Assembly (NCBI RefSeq): GCF_009914755.1
Contig: NC_060932.1
Origin: the human T2T-CHM13v2.0 reference genome, Homo sapiens
Direction: 5' to 3' (one strand)
DNA length: 64,000 nucleotides
In this document: in pieces, positions 1 through 12,907 of the stretch
Layout of the letters: every line of letters begins with the position of its first letter
Numbering within the stretch: the first letter of the stretch is position 1
Translations under genes and position numbers: made by a program
The notes under the pieces: model-generated
Seen by the model: the letters and a program-made list of their open reading frames with translations, nothing else
Databases searched by the model: none
Told to the model about the DNA's origin: nothing

Positions 1-3000
1 CCCCTTCAAGTTACCGTTAAGACAGAAGAAAAGGAAGAAAAATATAAACACACACGTATAAACATGTAAGGTAGCTTTGGTCCCTATAACAGACAAGGAA
101 ATCAAGGCTCCGTGAAGAGAGAGACAAGAATTCCCTTAGCCAAGTGCCTGTGTGTGTCTGTCTTTTATGTTAATGGTTATGAATTTAAGGAGAATTGAAA
201 GCAATAATTTTGCCCCTCTTTAACATGGCAAATACAGCCTGCTTTAGAGATGATCAGCAATCACCATTTAGTACTGGCCGTCACCTCTGTGCAGCACAAA
301 CACACATCCCGAGTGACAGAAGCCATTTCACTGCCAGAGACTCTTAGCGGCCTTCAGTTCTCTTGAGCTGGAGCCACTGGGTCTTGTATGAAAGCTCACC
401 AGACATCTCATGTGGACCTCGGGCATCTGAGCCGGGACCATCCTATTACAAGTGCGGAAACCAGATCATTAATGCAGAGCTGAATTCAAATTGTTACTTG
501 CTAGCTTAGGAAAGAATCCTTGGAAATCCAACATATTGTCTAAATGGATCAGTTAATCTTACTATGTGCATTCTACATACCCTTTCATTGTTTGGGCTTA
601 AATAACTTTTCTGCTTTGTCTGGTTTAATTTCATCCAATGTGGATCGCTGGAAGAATATGATGTATGTTTTAGAATAGAAACAGTTCTGAGATGAAGTTG
701 AGCACAATTTCCTGTTCTAGTTGCAATTAAATATAAATATAGCATTTGACATAAAATAGCTGGCCCGATATATTTAGAGTACAAGTTAAGTGTCATCCCC
801 TTAGAATTGGGCATTGACTCCGTAGAATTCCCCTTTGTACAAGGTGAGCAAATGTATATTTTGTTAAAAATAAGTATCTGACTGCCAAAACGGACAGAAA
901 GCTCTTTGCCATATGTGTTTTCAGGCCATTTCCTTTCCTGGGAAACAGCCATTTCCCCCGCATTATAGTTGTGTTTTCATTTGCGGGTAGATAGAGTAAG
1001 CGCAGGAGTTAAAGGACGCGGGCCTCCACAGCCAAGGCCTTATCTGGGACAATTATCTTTCTCCTTGCAGCTGTGTAACTTCTGTTTGACACAGAACCAC
1101 AGAAACCCTGTTAGTGGGAAGGATCACAGTTAATAGGAGAAAAATCTTCATTGTTCATGAGACTTCTCAGGTGCTTGGCATTCTTATTTAGGTGGCTTAA
1201 AAAAGTTCCAAGTACTCATTCATTCTAACTTATCTGTGTTCATTGTGAAATCGTGTGTGAATGACATTTGGAGCAGATGGATTGTTGTTTTTTTTTTTTT
1301 TTTTTTTTTAACAAACTTAAGAGATTCCCGAATCTTTCACAGTTTGTACTACCGCAAACCAGCATAACATCTGCTAAAGAATTTCATATTTTAAAGCTGC
1401 ACTGTACATCATATGGAACCTTAAGGACTTTGAAGGGAAGAGCTTTTTATTTACTGGTAGCTTGGGAAATATCCAAGTAACTATTTTTTAAGAAAAAAAA
1501 ATTCCTTGAGTTTTTAGAAATAGTTTATATAACTGTTATGCTGTTTGATTTTTAAATATTTTCATTCTCTAGTATTATTATGGAATATTTTATCTTCCCA
1601 TCAAAAAAATGCCAGAAGGTCAAGATAGAAGTCACAACATTAAAAGGGAGTGGATACAATTGTAAAACAATAGATGAGTACATTTGCCTGATAATATTTT
1701 TGCCAGTAATTCTGTGTCCTGTTTTCTCCCTGTAGAATGAAATGCTAAACATTTTTTTCAATGGATTGATGTCAGTGTTTACTAACATGACCTGTGTTAA
1801 GTCAAATAAAGTATTTCCTTTGACAAACACCATATTTCATTAGTGGCTTTGAGGTGGGCTTATTTGTTATAAGTCACATTAAATGTTCCCAAATCCATTT
1901 CATAAATGTTGTCGAGATCTCAAACTCCGTTGCTTCTAAAAAAATATGTCCAGTCTCTTTGTCATAACCATCCTAATAAAGATCTAAATTTCTTAGAGTG
2001 AATTTTCATTTGAAAGTGGCTTAATGCCAGCTAGATTAATTCTTGTTTAATCTAAATTTATAAAATTTTTATCTTAATTATTGAGAAACCTTTTTAAAAA
2101 GAGATAAAAATGTCATATGTGCTATTTACATTAAGATATATTATCTCTCTTGGTTATAGGTTAAGATAAATAAAATTGCTTATGTCAAAGAAGTAAAAAA
2201 AAGTCCATGACCTCCTTTTGGTATCCCCATCCATCTGGCGGACTTAATATGAAAAAATCTTCCTGTGGGAAATTAGGCTTGATTATAGAGTTACAAGTAC
2301 AAAAAGTAGTTTTTGAAGAATTATAATAAATAGTTACACATAAAAGGAAGTGATGTTTGCTTGAAGTATATAAAAATATTCCTTGTCACTCTTGTCCCCT
2401 CATGAATCTTAGTTGTCTGATGATGGTTCAAGTCTTTCCTAATAATCCAGAATGTATCCCTCCACTTTTTCTCTTAAAAACGCTATTTCAAGCATTTTCT
2501 TTGGTACCCCATTAATAATAAAGCATACTTCCCCAAAATGTTCCATTTCAAGTAAGGGGTCTAAAAGTCAAAGACCGACTGATACAAAAGAGAAAAGTAA
2601 ATTGTACAAAGACTGAAGAGAGGATGCAGTATTAAACGTACCAAGTTCTTGACATCGGTTTCCCTCAAGAAAAAAAAAAATGAGTAACGTTTTTTGAAAG
2701 CCTGAAACTATTCTAGTAAAATATTTACGGAAAAAATAATATGCGCTCTCCTCCCAAATCCTGATGCGCATTTAAATCACCTTTTTTATTTATAGATCAA
2801 AAATCTTGCTTGACTACAATAAAAATTAAAAAATGGTACCTATTTAAGAATGCAAGTATCAAATCCACTTGTAATACTCACTAGCTCCCTCTGCTGATCT
2901 CCTATCAAGCGACAGGCAAATCTATCCATGATTGTTATTACAATTGTTAATGGAAATGATAGGTAATTTAGGACCTACATCAATTGCAACTAAAATACAA

Positions 3001-4621
3001 GCTACAATGCTTTCATTTTAATTTTAATGCAAAAGCACATCACACCATATACAGATGTTAAAGACCGACGTGCACACACACAGTGAAAAAATATTTTTAG
3101 GCATTCATTTAGCATACATAGACCTAGGAGCTGTCTCTGTATCCTCAGGTGATAAGGTTACTACTATTACAACAGCAGAAAAAGAGGTCTGTACTGTCTG
3201 TCTCCATAAGGAGCCAATTTAGAGACCCAATCCTGTTCACCCCAAGCTTACAGTCTAACGAGGTGAACAGATGTCCCATCTGGATGCACAAGCACTGCTG
3301 GCTAAGGCCCTGGGTAGTGCAGGAGGGAGCCCCCACACGGGAAGCCTCCCAAACCACGTAAGGGCTACGTGAACAGCAAGAATAGTTTCACTGTTTATTT
3401 AGATCCACACTGTTACTTATTTAAGAAGAACATACTCTGCCCTTTCTCCCTCCCTGAAGAAAGACCAAAACTGAGGGAAATTATATTCCAGGCTGAGAAA
3501 ATTGCCTGTGCACTTAAAAAATAAATAAATAAAAGGCGAGACCACGGAAGTTAAAATAAATTAACAATAATTGAGCCAAGAGGGAGGAGATGGGTGAGTC
3601 GGAGATGCGGTCTGGAACTAGCTGCTGAAGAGTCTGCTTAGGAATTGGGGTTGTACCCTGGACATAAAGCATTTGGGGCGGGGGAGTGTCCTGATGTGAC
3701 TGAGAAAGGACTGTGGAGTGCTGTGTGCAGTAGGGCTTAGAGGAGGTGTGAGTAGAGGCAGAGAGACCAGAGCAGAAGCTGCTACAGTAATTCAGGTTAG
3801 ATATTATAGTGGCCTGTGCTAGAATATTAACATCAGGCTCATGATGTTAAAGAGGGGTGATCAATAGGCCTTCTAGATGGATGGAATACAGGGAGTCCAG
3901 GAATGGGATTGGTCTGGTACTGGGACTGACTCTTACACTTAAAAATGCTAAAATAAAATAACTTGGCAATAGTTTTTAAAGCATCTGTAAAATGACAAGA
4001 TAATAAACACATATTCTGCTCAAACTTATGTGAAGGCAGGAATCCTGTGAACTATTAAAGAGCTTTGCCATCAAGTCATTTGCCAAACCTGGCCAACTTA
4101 AGCCTACTTCAAGGCCTGAGTGGTTCAGACAGAAGACAAAGGCCAGGACCTAAAGAAATGGGAGCATCTGATGAGATACCTCCTTCCAGGAAGGCTCTAC
4201 CCCAGTGTCAGGGAAGCAGAAGTAAACCTGCCCACCCCACTCTCCAGAGCAGACAAGAAAACATGCCTGGATGTTAAACAGAACTAAAAGAGGGGAGCCC
4301 ATCCCTGAGAATTTAACTACAAGCTCACCCTTTTGGGTTTTACAGTACACATAAGGTGGCCAGAAAAAACCACAATGAATTGTTCTAAGGTGGTCCCAGG
4401 CTGATCATCTTATTCCCCTAGGTTTGTGGAAGAAGCAAATGAAAATCCTTTCTGGGAGAATGCACTTTCATCATGGGTCTCAAAACATTCTTACAATTTC
4501 CCAAGAATAATGGGCAACTCACAGACAAAAATAAACACACAAGAAAACATAGTGCTATTAGCAAAAATCAGCAGAAAGAAGAAATAGTAAAAACAGACCA
4601 GCCAAAAACATCTATCCCTGC

Positions 4622-5013
4622 TGTATTGGTTTGCTAAGGCTGCGGTACAATGTGCCACAAACCGGGTGCCTAAAACAATGGGAATTTATTCTCACAGCTC
4701 TGGAGGCTAGAAGTCTGTAATTGAGGCGTCAGCAGGGCCATGCTCCCTCTGAAACCTGTAGGGGGTCCTTCCCTGTCCCATCCTAGCTTCTGGTGTTGCT
4801 GGCCTCATCGTCTCATGGTATTCTCCCTGTCTACACGGCCGTCTTTTTATAAAGATGCAGTCACATTGGATTAAGAGCCCACCCCACTCCAGGAGGACCT
4901 CCTCTCAACTAGTTAAACCTGCAGTGACGCTACTTCCAAATAAGCCCACATGCTGAGTTGCTGTGGCTTAGGACTTACATCTTTCTATCAGGAATGTAAT
5001 TCTATCCATAACA
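4622..5013 (-). mobile_element. MaLR solo LTR, MLT1B/C-like
   Basis: tgtattggtttgctaaggctg...tttattctcacagctctggaggctagaagtc...ccataaca is the reverse complement of the MLT1 consensus. Confidence 0.8.
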
Positions 5014-5014
5014 C

Positions 5015-5450
5015 TTACGATGTTTAAAGATGAAAGTAAAATTTTGAAAACACCTAAAGGGGACAGAAAACTAAAGAAGAAAATCTTGCAGATTTAAAAT
5101 GAAAACTTATAGACATGAAAAATACGATGGTTGGAATTTATAATTCAGAGTCATGTTTAACAAGATTAGACACACCTGAAGCTGAAAGATAAGTGAAAAC
5201 GAGTCATCCCAGGTGTAGGACAGAGAGACGAGATAAGGACCAGGAGAGAAAGTGAAGGAAGACCTGCAGGATGGAGGAAGAGTGTCTGACAAAGTCCATC
5301 CAAATTCCAGAAGAAGGGAGAGAGAACAGGGCAGGCAATATCCAGGGAGATAGTCACTGAAGCTTTTCCCAAAGTGATGAAAGATATCAAGTTACAGATT
5401 CGAAAAACGGCAAAAAATGACAAACAGGATAAATAAAATGATGAGATAAA
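5015..5450 (+). mobile_element. Old L1 (L1M) ORF1-region remnant
   Basis: A-rich, with L1 ORF1-like motifs (agattagacacac, ttccagaagaagggagagagaa, ttttcccaaagtgatgaaagatatcaag). Confidence 0.55.
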
Positions 5451-6072
5451 GCAGTAAGAGGGAAGTCAAGAATTACTGGTTCTGCAGTTTCTGGCCTGGC
5501 AGCTGCACAGATAGGATTCTCAAGGGCTCGGAAGGGGAGAGGTAGCAGAGAGGCAATGCATGCAGCTTGCACACATTCAGTTTAAATTGGCTATGAGACT
5601 TCCGGTTAGAGTTTTCCTATTGCATATTTGGGTCTGAGCTCAAGAGAGCCACCTGGGTTGGAAGCAGCAGGAAGACCTATTTTCCTGATTAATCTCAATG
5701 CCAGCCTCATTACACAATCTTAACTAATATTAAACAGTATATGAAACAGGTGAAGAAGAACAGCTGTATAAATTGCATAAAGCTTAGCAATGTGGGTTTT
5801 TCTAGACAAAGTTAAGCAGCAAAGCAGCTCCATTATGAGGGACCCTTGGCCACGGTTTCACAGGTGCAGGTTCTGCAGATCATGGCATGTTGTCCTGTTC
5901 TCTGGATTATGGCTCTAGAAGAGATAATGATAAAGAAGACCCAGGGTGGTCAGTAAAAAGGTCCTACGTGGTGTCTATACAATGTTGCAAGTGACTAAAA
6001 ATGAGTAAAACTTACAAGATATAATTAGTAGCATGCAACTCTTCATAAATTTGTCACTTCTTTGAAGGTCCT

Positions 6073-6525
6073 TGTTATGAGTTGAATTTTGTTCTCCGAA
6101 AATTCATGTTGAAGTCCTAAATGCCCTCAGCACGTGACCGTCTTCGGAAGTAGGGCCATTGCAGTTGTAATCAGTTAAGATAGGGTCATACTGGAGTGGA
6201 GTGGGCCCCTAATCTAATGTGACAGATGTCTTTATAAGAGGACGGTCATGTGAAGACAGATACAGGAGGAACGCCTCGTGACAACGCAGGTAGGGACAGG
6301 GTGAAGCTTCTACAAAACAGGGAACACCAAAGATGAGCAGCCACTGCCAGCAGTTAGCAGAGAGGCGTGGGACAGATCCTGCCTCGTGGCTTTGGCTTCC
6401 AGAAGGAACCAACCCTGCCCCACACCTTCACCTCAGATTTCTGCTCTCCAGAACTGCGAGAGAGTGGATTTCTGTTTAAGCAAGTTTGTGGTACTTTGTT
6501 ACAACAACCCTAGCAAACTAATACA
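6073..6525 (+). mobile_element. MaLR solo LTR, MLT1C-like
   Basis: Starts TGttatgagttgaattttgt and ends gcaaactaataCA, with internal MLT1 motifs. Confidence 0.85.
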
Positions 6526-6937
6526 GCCTAAAAAAAAAAAAAAAAAAAGTAATAGGAAAGGAATTAAAATATAACGCTACCTTGCAGCCTCCACCAAACA
6601 CTGTTGCCATTTGGTTCTTCTCCTTCTTGTTCAACCTCAGGAGGGGGTGAAAAAAGTCCAGGCAGCTCCTGGTGATAGCTATGCAAAGCTTCATTCTGCA
6701 GCAGTAAAAGTGTTTCCTAGAAGTACTAAGGCTCGTTAATTGCAGCCACCCTATAAAAGAAGGTCCTCTTTCATGAAGAGCCTGTTTCTCTGCAGGAAGA
6801 TGGGGCTGACCTCAGGGCCTCCAGCACTTAGGCACTTATCCATATGTCTGTAACCATTGTTGTGAGGTTAGTTGATAATGGCTCATTATCCTCGCTAAAA
6901 TGAACTCGTTGAAGTATGAGGCCAGGCCTTATTGGAA

Positions 6938-7019
6938 TCCTTCCCTTTCCCTTTCCCTTCCCGTTTCCTTTTCCCTTTCCCTTCCCCTTCCCCTTCCCCT
7001 TCCCCTTCCCCGTCCCTTT
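6938..7019. repeat. (CCCTTY)n polypyrimidine repeat at the Alu tail position
   Basis: Directly visible ccctttcccttt...ccccttcccctt. Confidence 0.9.
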
Positions 7020-7168
7020 AGATGTAGTCTCCCTCTGTCCCCCAGGCTGGAGTGCAATGGTGCGATCTCAGTTCACTGCAATCTCCACCTCCCGGGTCAA
7101 GCGATTCTTCTGCCTCAGCCTTCTGAGTAGCTGGGATTACAGGTGCCCGCCACCATGCTCTGCTAATT

Positions 7169-7202
<34 letters not shown>

Positions 7203-7340
7203 AGTAGAGATGGGTTTTCACCATATTGGTCAGGGTGGTCTCGAACTCCTGACCTCAGGTGATCCGTCCGCAGGTGAGCCACCCGCCTCGGCCTCCTAAA
7301 GTGCTGGGAGAGGCACAGGCGTCAGCCACAGTGCCTGGCC
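7020..7340 (-). mobile_element. AluS with expanded central T tract
   Basis: Alu reverse complement ending gtgcctggcc; T run at about 7175-7202. Confidence 0.92.
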
Positions 7341-10300
7341 TACTGTCTTCTCTAAAATGGCATCTGTGCATTCATCTCAGCCGCCCCTGCTCAGATAAAA
7401 GCAATGGCGCCTCCTTTGAAATCTGAGAGACGCAGGGCCCTGCCCATTCTGCGGAATTCCTTCTCCCTGCTGCCTGCTGTGAGGAGGCCCCCTTTGCCAC
7501 GGAACCTGAAATTCCTGCCACTGGAATTACGCTCTGGACAAGCGGCAAGATACTCCTTTCAGTCCCAGCCACTGGGTTCCTGCTGCACAGGAGGCCAGGG
7601 TGCTGTGAACCTGCTCTCAGCCCCGGGCAAAGGGAATCTCGTTAATCCAGGTGGCCAGCGCCTCTTCCTCAGAGCATCTGCAGTGCTGCAGACAGGGCCT
7701 CCCTGCGTGGGGCTTCTGTCCTCCACACTGTGGTGCTGCTGGGATGTTTTCATGGGGCCTTTCCCTTCCCGTCACCACGTGTGCTCCAGAACCCGGTGCA
7801 TTTGGATGAAGCCACTAGATGTATAGGTCAGCAGCTCCACATAGAATCGAATTATCAAATGCACACTACCTGATCCAGAATAGATCGTCCTGGGGTAAAC
7901 ACATTCACATATTCTGAATGTACAAATGGCTGTCTAGTAAACACACTGGAACTTCCATAATTATTGTCCTTCCAGATAATTTTTCAAGATTATATGCACG
8001 TATTCTGCCATTCCTTTTCAAGACAACTTTAGAACTTCCTTTGGACAGCTACTGTAAGCCAAAGGGCTTGCATTTGAATATCTTGCATGAAGCTAAATCT
8101 TTGTTCATGAAAGGCAGAATAATTTTATATGCCACAAAGCTGCAGTAGTGTGTTAGGTTTAGTAGATGGCTAAGCACTACACTGTATTATTCTAATCCTA
8201 TTTTCACAATTTAACAAATGTGAGACACCGTGCTACTTGTACAAGAGATACAAATTAAGGAATCTTCAATGACCTTGTAGCCTAGAAAGACCTTTAGTAA
8301 TTCTTCTTAATCTCCCTACAGAGCTAAGTGATCCAGAGCTGAATTAATCCAGAATTTATGTCTTCCTCCGCCTCCGGAGTAGCTCTAGAAAGGTCAAACC
8401 CTTCCGAGATGGAGTGTCTGTGGGGGTAGGTCCTCTTTGCTGTGTGCGATCCTGTGAGACAGCGGGATGTCCTGCATCTCTGAATTTGAAGCGAGGAGTT
8501 TTTCTGCTATGTTTGGGGAGAGCCTCACTCCCCTGCTCAGTAGATCAGACGTGTTCTCTTCTTTCACCACAGCTACAAACAACACACTGGCATTGTTTCC
8601 CAGACACTCGACTGTCCCGATGGGCATTTTGACATGGTCTATGAGAGGAATAAGCTCCAGCCACTGTAGTGGCTCATGGGAGAGGGAAATGGGTAGAAAT
8701 TCTTTCCCAAACTGGTATTTCTAGTAAAGCACTCAGCCAGAGCCTGCAGCTGTTCACTATTCCATATCAATTCTAAACAGCATTTTCGTTGGCAAAAGAA
8801 AAGTGAGAAAACAACAAAGCTTGAAGCCCAAAACTTTGGGAAACCCCTTTCCTGAATGTGTTTACTTAGGGCTTAAAAATATGCCTGTTTTCAGAACAGA
8901 AGAACTAATATCCATGTTTTCTATGCCGATTTTTCAGAGTACATTTTAAATGTAAGTACATTTAGTGATTAAAAGGGAAAAATACTTGATCGTTTTCTAA
9001 ACATAACCAAAATCTCACTATGTAATTGTTTTTTCCTCTATTTAAGAGCAGAATATTTCTTTGCTACCAAAATGCTAGTATTTTGGAGAAAATAGAAGAA
9101 CTAGAATAAGTAGTCAGCAATACAAAACCCTGCGTGGAAGATGTGTATTTTGGATAGGTGTCAACATGTCCAAGCTCTCAGTGACAAACACAGGCTCATT
9201 ACAGGTCTGAGCAAATGTGCCACTTCTCAGGAAGACAAGGCAGATCAATGTAAAGGCAGGTGGCACCTGGTATGGCTCAGACTCGCACGTGGTTCTCCAC
9301 AGAGCTGCTCTCGGCTCCTTTGGAAGAGGTTCAACGTTGGGAGCACAGGTTGCTTCTCTGGCCCATGTTATTCCTGGAGCTACTACTTCCCAGGGCAGAG
9401 TTCGTGTTTTTCGTTCATAAATGGCCTGGAAATCCTAGCATTGGGCCAGCCATCCAGAACAGTGGAGCTGCATGATCTGGTCTGGGGATATTTCAAAGGG
9501 AATAGAATACTGAGGCCCTGTGGGATGGAGGCTGCTTCCCGATATTGAGAACTGCACCAGACTGAGCTGTGTCCAGAGGAAGGGAGAACGTCTTTCATTC
9601 ACTTAAAACTCACCCAACACCTGACACCTCCATCTTGGCATCATCCACCTGTAGCCTCTAGCCCTCTTCATCTGTTAAGTGAGAGTAACTGGCAGGTTAT
9701 TTGGAGAGTGAAGTGACATCGGCAGAGTTCCAGGTATGGTGTCTGATGCGTGAGTTCGCCCCCTTTCCCGGTCCCCTTCTCCTCCATTTGACTAATTATC
9801 AAAGAAAGATTGCTTTAGTGAATGAGACAGTTTAGATCCATTCCCTTGGGAAATTATGGTGGTCAGCCCTCCGCTCGGTCTCACTTTTAGATACCAGAAA
9901 CTATATGTCCTTGTGTTGGCAGAGCTGGATTGTCTGTCGCCCTCTGGTGCAATCCTGCATTAGTAAGGGAAGTGTTTTTCTGGGGCGTTCTAATGAAAAG
10001 TGCTTAAGCATTTGTTTTGGTGCCCAGATAATGTGACTGTAGTTAGTATGTAGTGTTTGGACTTTTTGCTCATGCTTTTGTTGTTGTTGTTGTCATTGCA
10101 GAAATAAAATTAACCCCTTAATCTTATGCTTAATGTACACACCAAGTGGTTTGCATATTATACTGAGAAAATAAAAAGATTGTTTTAGAAAAACCAAAGG
10201 ACACCAACAGCTCTTTACAGCCCCAAAGCACGTGTCGCCAGAGGTCACAGGAGGGGTTCTTAGTTATCAGCAAGGGAAACTGAGGCTTTCTCGTTTATGC

Positions 10301-10849
10301 AGAAGTGGAATTTATTGAATAATATTAAGGGGGCTATGTCGCCAATGCCACAGTCACACTGCCCACACAGAACTGGCCTGGCGAGGTGTTACTTTGACCA
10401 CCATTGCTGGGCCAGGACGCTGCCACCAAGGCCGTGCCCCTGCCAGAAACTAAATGTGGCTGCCCCATCCCTGGCCCTTTCTGTCAGTAGGGTCAGGTTC
10501 AAACTCCTGGGTAGTCAGCCCAGCTCTCATTGACTCAGTCTGAACAGCTGCCTGTTCCCTAGAATCCACATGCGCTGGGACAATGGGAAGTATCGGTAGA
10601 CGCTATGGTGGGAAGATGACTCTGTGTCCACCAAGGTTCTTGGGCTGGGGAATGGTCTGAGCATATGACGGCCTCAGACCCCAGCCAACCAAAGGGAAAG
10701 GTCTCCCCTGTACTCACGAAGCCTCCACGATGTCCATCAGCACTTTCTTCCTCCGTTGCAGTGTAGGTCAGCCCTTCGCAGATGCTCACAATTCCCTGAT
10801 ACAGCCGGTTGCCCTTTGTTGTGTTAAACTGAAAGAATTTCAGAGTTGG

Positions 10850-11163
10850 GGCCAGGCATGGTGGTTCATGCCTGTAATCCCAGCACTTTGGGAGGCCGAG
10901 GCGGGCAGATCACGAGGACAGGAGTTCAAGACCAGCCTGGCCAACATAGTGAAACCCCGTCTCTACTAAAAATACAAAAATTAGCTGGGCATAGTGGCGT
11001 GTTCCTGTAATTCCAGCTACTCGGGAGGCTGAGGCAGAATTGCTTAAACCGGGAGGCAGACGTTGCAGTGAGCTGTGATCATGCCACTGCACTCCAGCCT
11101 GGGCTACAGAGCAAGACTCTATCTCAAACACAAAAACAAAAACAAAACAAAACAAAAAAAAAC
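10850..11163 (+). mobile_element. AluS (Sg-like)
   Basis: Full dimer, (CAAAA)n tail, TSD tcagagttgg at 10840-10849 and 11164-11173. Confidence 0.95.
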
Positions 11164-11362
11164 TCAGAGTTGGAGAAGGACTCGGACAAATGTCATATTA
11201 TAGAGGAGGAAAAAGATCCAGGAGGCAGAAAGACTTCCCTGAGGGCCATGATGGTAGTTAGTGCATCCATTAAATACAAGTCTTCTGCTTCTTATTCCTG
11301 TAAATAAGTTTGCATTTAACATTTTTGTACATTAAACGTTACTGATTCATAGTCAATGATTA

Positions 11363-11668
11363 TGGTCAGCCCTCCACATCCGCAGGTTCTGCATCTGTAG
11401 GTTCAACCAATCGTGGACCAAATATATTCAAGAAAATGAAATAAAAATACAACAATAAAAAAGTACAAAAAATCGAGTACAACAACTATTTACATAGCAT
11501 TTACATTGTATTAACTATCATAAGTAATCTAGGGATGATTTAAACTATGTGGGAAGATGTGCATAGGTTATATGCAAATACTCCATTTTATATAAAGACT
11601 TGAGCATCCATGGATTTTGATATCCAAGGTGGGGGTCTTGGAACCCCACAAATACCAAGGGACAACTG
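11363..11668 (-). mobile_element. MER2-like Tigger DNA transposon fossil
   Basis: aactatttacatagcatttacattgtatta...gacttgagcatccatggatttt...accaagggacaactg is the reverse complement of the MER2 consensus as recalled. Confidence 0.8.
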
Positions 11669-12178
11669 TGTATTATTTTCATAACCCATTTCTGCCTAGT
11701 GTTCCATTAGTGGAATGCTAACCATGTGGGAATTATTTATATCCTACTGTTCAAGGTCATCACCAAGGTCTGATTTTTCACACACACACAGAATTGCAAC
11801 CTCCAGCATAAATGGGGATGAATTTACTACTAACATGTAGTTTCCATCCACAAATCCAATGTCCCTATGCTATTTGTAACTGTGGAGCCAAGAGAAGCTG
11901 TTGAATCATGTGGTGAATATGATCAAGAACTCAAGATTAGGGATAAAAGCAATCATTCTGTTATTCCTTTTTAAAAATTATTAGCCTGTAATTTAAACAT
12001 CAGGATCTCATGTAATACAGAACAATATCTTCTGACATTTTTACAATACTAGTATTCTTACAAAACACAGTTAGGAAGTTACATGAAGAAAACACCCAGA
12101 CTGTGTGTGGCTAAATCTTTAGTACCTCATTTCCATAGTCTTAGAGAAAGTTTAAATTATATTGAAACTTTTCTCAAC

Positions 12179-12540
12179 TGCTATCTTAATGTGTTCAGGC
12201 TGCTGTAACAACATATCATTCAAACTGGGTGTCTTATAAACGATAGAAATTTATTTCTCACAGTTCTGGAGGCTGAGAAGTCCAATATCCAGGCAGATTC
12301 CATGTCTGGTGAGGGCCTGTTTCCTGGTTCATAGATGGCGCCTTCTCTGCGTCCTCACATGGCAGAAGGGGTGAGGGAGCTCTCTGGGGTCCCTTTTATA
12401 AGGACACTAATCCCATTTTTGAGGATTTTCACTCTCATGACCTGCTCACTTTCTAAAGGCACCACCTCCCAGTACTCTTGCATTGGGGATTAGGCTTCAA
12501 CATGAATTTGAGGGAGGCGCAAACATTCAGACCATAGCCA
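12179..12540 (-). mobile_element. MaLR solo LTR, MLT1A-like
   Basis: caggctgctgtaaca...tttatttctcacagttctggaggctgagaagtcc...aacattcagaccatagc. Confidence 0.85.
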
Positions 12541-12689
12541 CTGGTCAACATTAGGTAACCTGCAGTGCTTGGCTGTGGGATGGGAAGCCTGTGTTGTAAA
12601 GGACGTCTGAGTGGGAACAGGGGTCTCAAGCTGCCTTCACATCTAACGTCAGCACACTAGAGATGGACATTGCAGCTGCAACCTACTGT

Positions 12690-12907
12690 GCCTGTAAAGC
12701 ATTTAGAATTACGCCTTGCATACACAAAGTGCTCAATAAATGTTAACTGTTATTATGGTTGGGCATCAGCCACTTTAATTATCTCTTTCAATCCTCATAG
12801 TAACTCTTCAACATAGGTAGCCTTATTTTGCAGTTGAGGAAACTGGAGCTTAGCAAAGTTTAGTGACGTTGCAGAGCTAGAGTTCAAACCCAAGTCTGAC
12901 TCCAAAG
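12690..12907. mobile_element. MIR fragments (two, opposite orientations)
   Basis: gtgctcaataaatgttaactgttatta (MIR 3' end) and attttgcagttgaggaaactg...ttcaaacccaagtctgactccaaag (MIR core). Confidence 0.6.

Noticed and set aside
506-952. 148-aa minus-strand ORF
   Set aside because: No recognisable domain or coding signature; consistent with a chance ORF.
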